This document shows positions 25,886 through 39,654 of a DNA stretch of 64,000 bases, piece after piece. Each line of letters begins with the position of its first letter. Positions within the stretch are counted from its first letter, which is position 1. Source of the stretch: Felis catus. Lineage: Eukaryota. The stretch covers positions 118,856,001 through 118,920,000 of the forward strand of contig NC_058368.1 in assembly GCF_018350175.1 (NCBI RefSeq). The letters run 5' to 3'. The notes beneath the pieces were generated by a model. The model saw nothing but the letters and a program-made list of their open reading frames with translations, searched no databases and had not been told where the DNA came from. The translations under genes were made by a program, and so were the position numbers.

Positions 25886-26016
25886 CTGAAGAGAGAAGCA
25901 GTAAGGTTTTCATACAGAGATACTCTTCATAAGATACCTGAAGCCTGTGTAACTCAGAGGAAACATACAGCATATGCTTACATTGTTCATACATGCAGGG
26001 TAGAGACATTCTATGC
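25886..26016 (-). CDS. NR3C1: Glucocorticoid receptor exon 7 (LBD)
   Basis: 131 bp, not in the ORF track, translated by hand; acag|GCATAG ... TTCAG|gttggt. Encodes (E)[43 protein letters not shown]. Confidence 0.98.
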
Positions 26017-26514
26017 CTGTGAAAGACAAATATCAGTGTTTGAGTTAGGAAAGAAATAGTGCTTGTTCCCCTGCCCGAAGGTAGACTTCTTTGTTTTTAT
26101 TTTGAAAAACTATGAACTTAAAAAGGAAAAGCTAACTGTTGCTATTAATGCTACTTCCCTACAGTTAAGAACCACGACAGCACCTAAAGAGACTGCGGAA
26201 CAATCTATGTTTACACTGGAGAAATTATTCTTCTGTTGTGCATGCCACTTACTAAGTGTTTAGAATTGATTCATGCAGAACTTTACCAGTTGCTCCTTTA
26301 ATTCAATGTTTCTTTTAATCCAAGGTTTTATGGCAGCATTTGCATTCAGGCCAGTTACACAAGACAGTTTTAGGTCTTACCCATTCAAAATCAAAAAGTT
26401 TTTTTTTTTTTCACAGCATCACATCCTGAAAACAGTTATGTGTGATTCTGTTTATAGTTTTGCAGAGGGTCAGAAGTACACTAGAACTCAACTCTGAGAT
26501 TTCTGAAGTTTAAC

Positions 26515-26661
26515 TTTTTTTGTTTTTTTAAAAAAACTTATTTTGAGAGAGACAATCTCAAGCAAGCTCTGCAGTATAGCTCCAACCCACAACCCTGAGA
26601 TCATGACCTGAGCCGAAATCAAGAGTCAGACACCTGACTGACTGAGCCACCCAGGCGTCCC
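26515..26661 (-). mobile_element. Short CAN-SINE
   Basis: gagatcatgacctgagccgaaatcaagagtcag...gagccacccaggcgtccc; flanking ctgaagttt repeat. Confidence 0.85.
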
Positions 26662-27879
26662 TGAAGTTTCTTAACTACTTTAATGACACTAAGAGCCTGA
26701 AACTGTGCTTGGTTCATGGTTTTTACAATACCTCAAGATTTTTGTTTGTTTGTTTCTGACAGAGAGTGATCTTGGATTTAGATTAAAATAAGGTCACTAT
26801 TTTTTTCCACTGAGGATACAGTTTGTTTCTTTATAGGATAAAATAACTCTGACAGGAATGGTATGCTGTGACAGTGATGACACAGGAGCTCACAGGACTC
26901 TTCAAATTTAAAACCTTCTCTTCCCAAAGAGGTACCTTCCCAATCTCCCAACAGGAATTAAGCATAAAATCATTCAGTAGGCTGTTAAAAACTATTTTTT
27001 TACAACAGTAAGACCTAAAAACAACCGTGAGGCTACCTGATAGCTACACAGGCAGATTTGGGGTGACAGTGTACCTTCAAATTGTGCCTGTCAGATGATG
27101 CACCAGGATGGAAACCAGCGGGCAGAGGGAACAGAGCAGCACAGACCCCAGAATGGGGAATAGTAAGAACGCCCTCTTCCAAACCACTCTTCCCGTCTGC
27201 TGTCTGTCCTCCAGGATGGCGCAACCCTGAGAAAAAGTCTGCAGTTCCCACCTCGTGTAACAAATGCGTGCGGCACTCTTCAGGTTATGCTGTGACTGCT
27301 TACCTCTAACTTTGAGTGCCCCCCAAATAAAAACCCTGAATTAATTTCCTAAAATAGAAGGATAAGTTGGTGTTTCATAGAAGTCTCAGTTCACAGTTTT
27401 AAGCCCAATACTATGAGTTCAAATTACTTTTTTTGGGAAGGGACCGTAAATAGCAAATGTTGCCAACATGATGTTTTTAAGTAACTGTGGTTGGATTCCG
27501 AAATGTGCAACCAGTACTCAGGGAGTTTTGGTGTCTGCGTTAACTCACAAGATTTCATGTATTCATTTGCTAATTAAATATCTGATCAAACAACCAAAAC
27601 CCTGTTCCACTGGGATACAGGAGTTTGAACAGCCCTCTTGCTGGCAATGGAAGGTGACGTCCTTCTCTGACACAGATTCCTACGAGTGTGGGTCTGTCCA
27701 GGTCTGATAGGGCCAGGGGAGGGGACATCTGGCCCCTTCTGGGAATACGAAGAGGCAGGTCACTGCATGTACATTCCCCAGGCCTCCTGTCCTGTTGCTT
27801 CTCAGTGTGAAGCCTTGTCCTTCCCCTTTACGTTTAACTCACCTCTAATTACACTTCCTCCCAGAAGCCATTAGCCACT

Positions 27880-28470
27880 TTATCTGAAATAGACCCCTCC
27901 AGTATAAACTAACCCAATCTGAAATTATTTTATTTGGTGGTTACCTGTATGGAGGATATAAGCAATACAGGTCGGGAAAGCGTGTCTGTCTTGTTCTCAG
28001 CTACTCTGTCCCAGGCTTATTAGGAAGGAGGAGTCAGTGGTGTTCCCTCTCATCCATCCTCCACCATGTTATCCTGTTTGAAAGCCTCCACTGGCCGCGG
28101 CTTCTCCTAGAATAACATCTAAACTCTGTTTCATGGCCTACAAGCCTCATATGGTATTTCCAGCCTTTGCCCTCACTTCTTCTGTCTGCAGGGCCCCACC
28201 TTTCACACAGCCTGTGCTTCTGTACTGTGTGATGCCCACTCCCTGGACCGGTCTTCTATGGTCCCTAAATCTAAAGTAGCAGGTGCCTGTCACTGCTCCC
28301 TTTGCCCAGGCACACTTTTAGACCATGGCTCTCTAAAGTAATTTTGGTTATCTATTTCATTTTCCCCATTGGAATGTGAGCGGGTGCCACATCTATTGTG
28401 CTATTACAGCTCAAGCTCCTAAAAGAGAGTCTGGCACTTGGTAAGGACTCCTATCACTGAGAGAATACTG
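27880..28470. mobile_element. L2 fragments
   Basis: atctaaactctg..catggcctacaagc and tctgtcttgttc L2 3'-type motifs. Confidence 0.5.
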
Positions 28471-29923
28471 TGCCGGAAAATAAGTATCACCAATAGAGAA
28501 AGAACACCAACTTTAACTCAGGATTCATTTCAGCCAGGATTTCTAGACTGGTTTTCTATGCACCTAGCTAGCCTGACGGCAGAAACGTGGAATCTCTGCT
28601 TTAGAGATTTCTGTCACAACGCCCAAGAATATCTTCAAAACTACCTAGAGCTAGTGTCATCCAGTCTCCTCTAAAACACTTAAAGTAATGTGACCTCACC
28701 ACATTGTAAGGCAGCCTCTCCCACTGAGTACTGCTCAAATAGATGTTTTTCTTGAGCTCCTACCCATGATTTCTGTGCCTGGCACACCCATAAGGCAAAA
28801 CAGTAGGTCTGTAGGCTGCCCTCCTCCATACCCTCCTTGTTCACTGACCAATGTCAATTTCCATTCTCCTTGCCCTCCTGGACATATTTAAAGTTGTCAC
28901 TCCTAATTTTAATATGGCATCCAGTTCTTGACACAAACTGCTCACGATGGGTTGACTCATATAGGGTGCAATGGGATTATTCTAATAACAGGGTTTAACG
29001 TTTACATTCATTCGTCTGACCCCTGGTCAAAAGCACCCAGAGCTCACAATTAAAGAAATCTTCATTTCTTACTCTGCTCTGACCATAGGTATGTGTGGGA
29101 GAACTCCCTGTTTTCATTCTCATAAAAGAGAGAGGCTGTAGGCACAAAAATTGTACTACAAGGTGGACAGTGATAAGAACTAGGGATATATAGCACAGAG
29201 GTCTTATAAGGTGCTAAGAACATCATGAGTTAAGGGTATGCTTGAGGAACAGGTCATCTGAGTGGGGATGCCGTGTCTATGAAAGAGAACAGTGAGAGAA
29301 AAGAAGCCAGGTTCTGGAAAGCCACTAACCATGCTGAACATGCATGGCGTGGGCAGGGAGGACATCTGGGTGTTGCGGAAGTATGTGATGTGATCAAACT
29401 GTACCGTAGGAAGAAAAAAATCAGAACATGATGGAGGGCACATCAGAGGCAGAAAACTAGTCAGGAAAAACTGCAATGAGGTCAACAGAACAGACACCCG
29501 AAATAGTTCACAGATAGAAGCATAGGCCTAGAAAAGCATAGGTGGCTGATTTATCAAATCCTACAAGTCATAAACATGGAGTAGGCCTTGCCCTGGCAAG
29601 AGAGTCCCCTTGCCTCTGGGTCTGTACCTCCCACCTCCTCGGCCAAGATGTCCTCATCTATAGTCGTCCCTATTGAATGTGAGATCAACTGACCCCAGAG
29701 ATGCTCACTGTATTAAAAAGTACCCTTACATGTGTCCTGCCCCATGTACATCTGGTCTGCCAAAATGTACTGATAAACCACTCTCTTTCAAGGGTGCCCT
29801 GTTCCAAGAAACCTGATAGAATGGATTCAGTTCTCAATGATCATGATAGCAATCCATCAGGAAAACATCAGCGGGATAAAAAAGAAAAACCACACAAAAC
29901 AGACAGACTCCCAAATAACTTAC

Positions 29924-30068
29924 TCATTAATAATCAGATCAGGAGCAAAACACAGCATATTTGCACTTGATTGTCTATATGATCTCCACCCCAGGGCAAA
30001 TGCCATGAGGAACATCCATGAATATTGCAGTAGGGTCATTTGGTCATCCAGGTGTAAGTTCCTGAATC
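29924..30068 (-). CDS. NR3C1: Glucocorticoid receptor exon 6 (LBD)
   Basis: 145 bp; ttcag|GATTC ... AATGA|gtaagt. Encodes [49 protein letters not shown]. Confidence 0.99.
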
Positions 30069-31071
30069 CTGAATTAAGAAAAGTAAAGGTTATGAGGAAA
30101 CACTCGGTGCTGAAGATCATCTCTTTGGGAACTGCCACAGACCAGAACCCCTAAGAGACAGAGGAAATGAAGTAACACCAAGGGGGCACAGTTCTCCTTT
30201 GTCATCCAACATGTCAAGACCAAAGCCTTTGGTGCTTTTTAACAGCATCCGGTACAATATAACTTACTGTCACTTTTTCCCTATTTAAACAATATGAACT
30301 AAATAGTAAAACAGAAAGCCCAGAGTTCTGACTTGGTACATTACACAATGAATTTAATTTTAAAAATTCTCCCTGACAGTAACACCTCTTTCCCTCTTGA
30401 CAGAGTAGAGATGACGGAGGTCAGGTGACTTCATTCTTGTCCTGTCTCTTCTCTGTGTGAACATAAGCTTATTGATTCTCCTCTAGCTGTAAAGTCTGGG
30501 CTGACACTAATGTTGACCTCTTATGTCCCATCTACATCAAGTTCCCATAGGGGGACTTTTATCTCATATGATCCTAAAAATGAGACTAATGAAGATTTAC
30601 ATTCAACATATATCATGTTACATAGTTAAGAGTTAAAAATCATTCTACTTTACCTTGAGAAAGGGTCACGACACCGGATTTTTACAGATTTTACAAATAA
30701 CCTGATTTTTTAAAGTGACACACTGCAGGAAAAGCAACTGAGTTCTTACAAGTATGCATTCCCCCCCCCCCCACTAGACCTGGGTGTAAAAGGAATTTCT
30801 GAGTAAGTCCTGTGCCCCTAGTTCTGATATTACACCATCCTGCTTGAAACTGCTCTGAGCAACAGTGTGAAGAAGCTGGGAGGAGCATACAAGTTTTATT
30901 TTAAACTCTCCACTCCCAGCTTTTCCAGCCTCTCCCCTTGTTAGGCCCCAGAAGTGAGGAAGAGAAAGCAGGACGCACAGTGGGAGCTGGCTGACAAACA
31001 GCCAGAGCGCTGCGTCTGTTGAAGACCATGCAAAGCTTTATGCCTTAGCTGTGTCCTCCCCTGCATCTTAC

Positions 31072-31350
31072 CTGGTATCGCCTTGGCCCATTTCACTGCT
31101 GCAATCACTTGCCTCCCGCCTAACATGTTGAGTGTGGTCATGATCCGCCAAGTCGAATCTGGTATTGAGCTATCATACCCTGCGTATAACACCTCGGGTT
31201 CGATGACCTCCAGCAGGGACACCAGGGTAGGGGTGAGCTGTGGTAATGTTGCAGGAACTACCGTTTTGTTAGCAGGGTTTTCAGAAGTTTCTTGGGACAC
31301 TCCTGGGGTGGCCTGCTGAATTCCTTTTATCTTTTTCTTTGTTTTTCGAG
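31072..31350 (-). CDS. NR3C1: Glucocorticoid receptor exon 5 (NLS/hinge, start of LBD)
   Basis: 279 bp; cag|CTCGA ... CCAG|gtaaga. Encodes [94 protein letters not shown]. Confidence 0.99.
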
Positions 31351-31543
31351 CTGTGGGTGTTTAAAAAATATATACACAGTGAGTTTTACTGGGAAGGTCT
31401 GGGTGACAGAGTTTATTCAATAAGTATTTTAATTTCTGAAACTATTCAGCAATTATAAAGTGAAATAGAAGAGGAAAAAGCAGAGTCAAGAGGAACCCAT
31501 TTGTATATGAAGCCACGTCATACCGGATACAAAATTGTCTTTT

Positions 31544-31757
31544 GGAATGCCTGGGTGGCTCAGTCGGTTGAGCATCTGACTTCGGCTCAGGTCATGATCT
31601 CGCAGTTTGTGAGTTTGAGCCCCACGTCTGGCTCTGTGCTGACAGCTCGGAGCCTGAAACGGATTCTGTGTCTCCCTCTCTCTCTGCCCCTCCCCCACTC
31701 ACACTCTGTGTCTCCCTCTCTCTCTCAAAAATAAATAAACATTAAAAAAAATTAAAA
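31544..31757 (+). mobile_element. CAN-SINE (first of tandem pair)
   Basis: Full head, (CT)n, AATAAA tail. Confidence 0.92.
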
Positions 31758-31760
31758 ATT

Positions 31761-31960
31761 GGGGCGCCTGGGTGGTTCAGTTGGTTGAGCGTCCGACTTT
31801 GGTTCAGGTCATGATCTCTCAGCTTGTGAGTTTGAGCCCTGCGCCAGGCTCTGTGCTGACAGCTCAGAGCCTGGAGCTTGCTTTGGATTCTGTGTCTCCC
31901 TCTCTCTGCACCTAACCCACTCACATTCTGTCTCTGTCTCTCTCAAAAATAAATAAACAT
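31761..31960 (+). mobile_element. CAN-SINE (second of tandem pair)
   Basis: GGGGCGCCTGGGTGGTTCAG head immediately after the tail of the first copy. Confidence 0.92.
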
Positions 31961-32964
31961 CATAATTAAGTGTCTTTCAATGTTATGTGAAAACAATCTA
32001 AACAAATCACTTATATAGATTCTTATATGAATTAATTTCTCACTCTCACTCCTAAGTGGAAATTCTCATCAGTTTAATAAGGCAGTACTTTTACTAGCAG
32101 TTGAAAGAAAAATCCTAAGTTCCTAACAGCAGGCTAGAAACTGTGGCTAAGGGTTCATCTACATGATGGTATATATAATGAAGACAGGCATACTAAAACC
32201 TAGCATAAATTCCCCTTCTCTCAAGATAGTATTAAGATGACACTGCAGATCATATGCTAGAAGCACTATTAATTTCAATAGCAGAAAAGTCCAGTTTTTA
32301 TATTTATATGATGGATACTGCTTAGGTCTAAAAACATCTGGGAGATGAAGAAAAGAACTTTATATTTCTTTACATAAATTATCAGGGGGGGATTTCCCTT
32401 TTGTAAGAGATTTATATTGATGACCTGATAAACCTAAAACACCTACTTTGATATCATATACAAAGTGTATACAAAGTAAAGATATCTTTCCATCTTTGAC
32501 TTAGTTTGGAATAGTGCAATCAAATTACAACATGGATTCCATAGATTATTTAGTAAACATACACGTACTCTTAAACTTACGTGTTGTATGAAATTACGTG
32601 TTTTAGTAACAAATAAGAATTTCTTTTTTGGTGCACCTGCTGCTGAAGGGAACACAGTATTGTTCAAAAGGAAGGTCTCAGAGATCCAAGGAAGGGCAAT
32701 GAATATAATTCATATGAAAGAAGAAATGTACCTGCCTCACTTATCAGGGATACAAAACATTTTTGCTCAGAGAAAAGTAAATACTAATCACCTTTTGAAA
32801 TAATCAGTAGATTCTTTGCCCTTAAAATGATAGAATGGTCTCATTATTGTGCATTGTGTTGAATATGCTAGTGAGAAATTAGAAATTTTTGTGTCCCATC
32901 TCAAAACAGAGAAGGGATTGGGACAGGTCCATTCTTATTTTACCACGCTCTGTTGAAACACACT

Positions 32965-33207
32965 ATGGTGTAGTAGTAAACAGCATAAATCTGAAACAAT
33001 CATGGCTGAGTTTAAACCCTGGCTCTGCCATGCAGTAGCTGGGATCTCACAGTTACTCCCTGGGCCTTAGTTTTCCTCTTCTACAAAATGAGGGTAATAT
33101 TGGTACCTTGCGCTGAGGGTGGTTGAGAATTAAATCAGTTAAGACACGTACAATGCTTAGAACAGGTGGTGGCACACACCAAGTGCTACGGAAGGACTAT
33201 CATTACC
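32965..33207 (+). mobile_element. MIR
   Basis: ctgagtttaaaccctggctctgcca; gagaattaaat; gcttagaacagg..ggcaca. Confidence 0.8.
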
Positions 33208-33822
33208 TCAACTGGTGGCAGAATATGGCTTTAGAGTATTCTCAATGTAGACAGTAAAAGTACACAGAGGAGCAGTACAGTTTAAAAAAGCAAGTGCTAC
33301 AATACATAAGGAAACACGTGTAACAACCAAAGGTTTAGGAAACCCACATTTCAAAATCCTGGCAAGTACTCCATTGAGAAGACAATGACAGAGAACATCC
33401 TTTCCCAAATCACACTGAAACAGTAAGCTGAAGACCTCAATTAACCATGGCTCAGAACCTACACCCCAGAGAACAGGAGAAACGACAGTGACAAACTGGT
33501 GGATTTTTAAAAATCTTCTGTGCTCAGTTGATAATTTCTTACTGTTTAGCTATTGCCCTAAATGAGAGAACTAAGGCTTTTGAATAAAGCTCAAAATACT
33601 GACTAGAGCAAGAATGCGTGCCAATATGTTTTCATAGAACTTTAGCAAGAAGTTGTTAATTGAGTTAGTTAAGCAACCACTATTTTCAAGCACTTTGCTA
33701 AGATTTCTACTCTATATAAAGTTTGACTCCTTGGAATATATAGATTATCAGTCAATTTCTGATCTCTACAGAAGTGTTCAGAAGTCTGTGACAGTTGAAA
33801 ACTTAGCTTAAGTTTTAAGTTT

Positions 33823-33962
33823 GGGGACATGTGGGTGGCTCAGCTGGTGAAGCATCCAAACTCTTGATTTTCGCTCACATCATGAATTGAGCCCCCACGC
33901 TAAGTGTAGAGCCTGCTTACGATTTTCTCACATGCGCTCTCTCTCAAAAAAAAAAAAAAAAA
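33823..33962 (+). mobile_element. Short CAN-SINE
   Basis: GGGGACATGTGGGTGGCTCAG head, poly(A). Confidence 0.85.
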
Positions 33963-34038
33963 GGTATGAAATCTGATAATGTCACAAACCTCCTTGCCTG
34001 TTAAGTTCCACCTGACTCTTCATACCAAAAATAAAACT

Positions 34039-34239
34039 AGGGGCGCCTGGGTGGCTCAGTTGAGTGTCTGACTCTTGGTTTTGGCTCAGGTCATGATCTC
34101 AGGGTTAGTGGGATCGAGCCCCATGTGGGGCTCTGCATAGGCTCTGTGGAGCCTGCTTGGGATTCCCTGTCCCTCTCTGTCTACCCCTTTCCCTGGTCAC
34201 ACTATCTTTCAAAATGGATAAACTTAAAAAAAAAAAAAA
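34039..34239 (+). mobile_element. CAN-SINE
   Basis: GGGGCGCCTGGGTGGCTCAG head, poly(A). Confidence 0.9.
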
Positions 34240-35703
34240 GACAACTATAATTTGGAATGATTACAATATACTTTAAAATGAAGTTAAGAAAACATTAAGG
34301 ATTACCCTTAAAAAACTTATCTGTACTCAAATGCCAGGAACTTTAAGCACTGAAGAAGGCTGCTTTATAGCAAATCTTGAGAATTACTTGGTATAGGAAC
34401 AACAGTACCAAAATACACCACTTCTGGTATTAAGTTACATTTACGAATTTCATCTTTTTTGCTCCTGAAGTGCTATGAAAATGTGAAGATGATGCTGTGT
34501 ATGTGAGTTGAGGAATTTAGACTCTTCATAGCCATACCCATGAATCTACTTCATATTTAAAAACAGGTGCACACATGGCTTGTGCAGATCGTGCCAACGG
34601 TCAGTCCCTCTTTTACCAAAAGAGCCACACACTTGCTGTTCTCCCTCCAACATCGCAGTGTGTTATTTGGATTACTGCTACAGTCATTCAATTGGTCTCT
34701 CTCTCTCTGAGATCAGTCTTCCTAAAATGTGAATCTGATTGTGTCCCACTTTGGTTTTTACATAACTCCTTCTAACTCAGCTTTTCTAGATTGAATCTTG
34801 CTTCTTCCAAGGAACCGTTCTCAGCTTTCCAGGACAGAAGGAGGTGACCCTCCTCTTGCTCCTGCTCCAGTTCCTTCTGTAGTGTGCCACACCATTTTGT
34901 GATGGACTCTGCAACCTAAGTCGACAGTGACTCCTTAAAACAGGCACCGCTTTATTTGACTGATGTGCACCGCCTGCCTCCTTGGCAGGTTTGAGCAGGA
35001 AAGTGCTACTGTCACAGCAAATACGAAGCACATGTGTGATTCTGGCACCACCACTACGTTCATGGAGTTTGCCCTGTCAACTCAAGGAGAATTCCAAACG
35101 TTTTTCAAAGGGAAGTTTTCAAATGCTGAGACCAATGTTAATCATACAACTTTATATAAACAGGGCTATGAAACTCAAACTTAGAACTAGCTTCAGGTTT
35201 CTTCTTTACTTGAAAAACAAAACAAACAAAACCCATCCAATACCTCCTTGAGGAGTTTCCCTCAGCCCAGGCAGATTTATCATCTACCTGCATCTGTCTA
35301 GCTATAGAGCCAAGTAAAAGGTAAATGATACAAAACGCACATGTAAGTACATCTGACAGAGAAACATTTTCAACTCTAGGGAACAGTTTTGAGGCCGAAG
35401 AAAGGGAGGAGAGAAAGCTGTAAGTAATGTTGCTTCACGTGTTTAAGTTTCATTTTTTTACCTAATTCACTTGCTCAGTGGACAGTCAGGCTATAATGAA
35501 TTCCGTGTGTGTAGTACGAGCTGGTGAAAAAACTCAAGTGGAATATGAAATATTCACAAAAATCCTACTTAATAAAGCAGTAATATAAAATGATGTTAGT
35601 CAAGCACATATATATTGCAACGACTAAATTATTACTTTTGCTCACTTATATCTTAAAAAGGAAAATGACGAATTTTTATATGATGCAGAGACATTTCCTT
35701 TCA

Positions 35704-36018
<315 letters not shown>

Positions 36019-38425
36019 TTATTCCGCTCAACAAATAAACATAGTTCATGAAAAATACTGCAGTATCCATACAGAAACGTGCACAGATTGTTAAGTGTAG
36101 CATCTCCTATGTTTTCACAAACTGAACACCGCCATGTAATCGGCTCTCTGGTCAAGAAGAACAGTACCCCACCAGTAGTCTTCTAGGCCCTTTCCAGTCA
36201 CTACCCTCCTCCAAGGTAACCCTGTTCTGCATTACAGGAGAAACTGTTTAAAGTACAGTTGGACAGGATGTCTGAAGTCACTATTTCATTATGACTTCTG
36301 ACTTAATGCTAAGGAAGGTTAAACAAAGAGGAAACTGCTTTCAAAATACTCAAAGAACCCCACACGGAAAATGACTTTCCCTCAACATTATGCCACCATA
36401 TGCAAATGGAGCGTGGTCCCCCTTCAAGTCTAAGTGACAGGGAACAAACTTCATCTTGAATGTTAAGACTGCCACCAACTAGTTAGGGAAATCACACACC
36501 TGGCAAACTAACTACCATCTATAGATCTTACAGGTATTTGTTCATTATGTCACATGCACTGTAGAATGTAAGTGTTTAAATCCACCACCGACTCCAAATA
36601 TTAGGCTGTCACTGTCCATACCATCTTCTGGCACCTAGTGTTTAATAATGCGTGGTAAGAGGTACAAAGTACAGTTTTCACCTGGCAAAAAAAATTAAAA
36701 TGCAAAGACTGATACCCTTACCCACCCCAAAAAGCGCATTCTTGTAGTTTTCTTTTAATCTGGCTATTGAGTGTCAAAGAAAATATCGCAGGATCTGCTG
36801 GCCCGGCAGAAACTGAAAAGATCCTCCCGCACCACACCACTGTGGCTATGCACAGGACCACAACAGGGCATTTCTCTTCTCAAAAAGAAATCGCATTCAG
36901 AGAAAAGAGAAAAATCATCAGCTCACCAGGTTGAATATATCTTGTTCTGATTTCTGGGAAAAGATCCCTTCTGCACAGGACTGCCTACTACTTGGATGGA
37001 AACAAACCGTATTCCCTTCTTCATAAGAGGATAAATCACAGCGCTATGAGGCGTGCATTTTGAGTAGATGATTAACTATATCAGGTTCAGTTCTTTGTGA
37101 GGAGTAGGCCACCGGGCTGACCGATGGCCTACAGTTGAGCTTTGTTCCAGAGCTGCTCCGCTCTCCAATGCCCAATGTCTTATACCAGCTGTCACTGCCC
37201 CTGGAATCCCAGCTCTACCACTTGAACTCTCAGCCTCAGTTTCCTTGATCAAATAGGATCAGAACAGCAGTTAAGAGCTCACAGAGCCCTTAATTCAATG
37301 GTATGATGTACATAAAACATAATGCTTGGTCTATGGGGCATTAAAGGTAATGGATGCCTATCATCATTATGACCCACCAACAAAGATTACATGTACTTTT
37401 GTGTACAGGGGATATAAGTAAAAGGGACTTGGTGGAAGGGGGGACATCACTGAACTAGTATACATGAAAAGACATGAAGCTACCCAAAGTTTTCTTCTGT
37501 ATGTAGAGAAGTGACTCCCAGAATACAGACTTAAAAAAACTCAAGGTATCTATCCTTGATCTGGGTTGTATGGATAAAACTTCTTAAAAATTGTTGAAAT
37601 GTTCAGGTATTTTATCCTATGCCAATTTGGGGGCGGGGTAACCTAGTATTTCCAGCAGGTGCCAAAAATGGACTGCTAAGTATGATACAGACTTTAGAAA
37701 CTATATCTCTGTAATGAAAACATCTCCATCCTGTGTAGAGAGGAAAAGTAGAACCGTTCCGAGTTAGGTTGTCAAAGGATTACAGAATTTTAGAGCTGGA
37801 AGGGAAGTTGGAGAAAATGAAAGTCCAAATATAGGATTTACTTAACATAGTCCACAGTTAAACCTTCCCCTACTAATTATGTAATTGAGCCACCATACTT
37901 AACTGAAATACTTAAACGCTAAATAAACATTTTGAAATGGGACAGCTCATATTCTATGAAATTTTTACCTAAAAACAAGCATAAGAATTTAATTCTAAAG
38001 CAGGGGGTAAGCCCTGAGGGCATATGGCCTGCAGTATTATTTTATTGGGGAGTTAGGTTTAGCTTTTTTTCTTTTTTTTTTTTTTTACTTTTCTTTTTTA
38101 CTTTTTAAAGGGTACTGAAAGCTTTCAAAGTAAGCTTGCACTCTCTAACCTTCCTTGTCCCAAATGTCTTCTATTTGCCAGAAGGACACATACTTGGTCC
38201 GTATAAGCATTTACGTTTATAGTCCTGTTTTAAAGAATTTTTCATTCTCCTCCATTTTAATTAAAATATTTTTTTAAATACCCCCTTTTTTTTCTTCTAA
38301 GGTTCCACAGTCTCTTTCTGAATTTCACTTGCAGAAATTAATTTTCCAGTATTATTGTATATTGGATTACCTCTATCACTGCATTTATATCATGGAGATA
38401 ACTCAGGACTTAAAGTGCTGTGACA

Positions 38426-38651
38426 GGGGCACCTGGGTGGCTCAGTCACTTAAGCATCTGACTTTGGCTCAGGTCATGATCTTGCAGTTCATGGGTTTAA
38501 GCCCCACGTCTGGCTCTGTGCTGACAGCTCGGAACCTGGAGTCTGCTTCAGCTTCTGTGTCTCCCCCTCTCTCTACCCCTCCCCTGCTCCCATTCTGTCT
38601 CTCTCTCTCTCCTCCCCCTCTCAGAAATAAACAAAAACATTTAAAATAAAA
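38426..38651 (+). mobile_element. CAN-SINE
   Basis: Full head and body; flanking taaagtgc..gaca repeat. Confidence 0.9.
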
Positions 38652-39654
38652 TGCTGAAGTAAAGTGCAGACAAGAAAAAGCTTCATTCTCTTGGGTCCGT
38701 GGTGAATAAGGTCTACTTTGTTAGAGGCAGTAGAGTGTGCAGGGGTGGGCTTTCCTTAGCACTATTCAACAGTTGGGGGCTCCTACCTGGTCAAAGCCTG
38801 CCTCTCTGTGCTCCATGTGGGGTAACAGGAGGAATTTTATAGTTTGCTCATGGATTAAAAAGTAATCCAAACAAAAGAAAATGACTCATCTAACTCTTAA
38901 GGATATGCAAACAGAACTTGAGGCAAATAATAATAATCTTTCTCATACTGTGGATGGATAATTACACTTCTTTAAAAATTAACATACTCAGAGCTTTAGG
39001 TAATCCATTCATGCGACACCACCTTCAAACAGCTTTATAAATAACTAAAGTACATAATTTTTTCCCAAGAGGATTTTAGAGTAATTTCCAACACTAATTT
39101 GCTATGGAATGAATTTCTCTTTAAGGAGTTGATGTGACTGCCCTTGTCAGCAGACTGAATCTATAACCAGGGTACAGTTTTTATTAGTATTCATATAGTG
39201 AAATCAGCTTCTCTACATTACCTTCTTTCTCTATCTCCTCGGGCTGTTTATCACTTGCTTCTTACTACCACCTCTTTCCTGGAAACTTGGAACTCCTCTC
39301 TCACTTCAAGCAGACCGTGACCACTCAGAGGGTGGGGACCACGTCTTATGTGGACTTGATACGACTTAGCACAGTGCCTGGCTCAACAGGAAGAGAAACC
39401 CACCCAGATTTTCCCCTCACAGTTCTTACTGACCCTCATTTTTTGTCAGACTGGAATAGTCGGTGGTCTTAAAACCAACTACTTCATGGGAGTTAAAGCC
39501 CATGATTCTCATACAGTGAATGTTAGGTTTGGGCAGTAACGTAACACCATTTCCCACGACAGCACTTTCTTACCATTACCTTCTGTTATCTGACCAAACT
39601 CCCTGTCCTTAATTTATACTTTTCTATTTTATTCTAGTTCTGCTTGTGTTGTTG

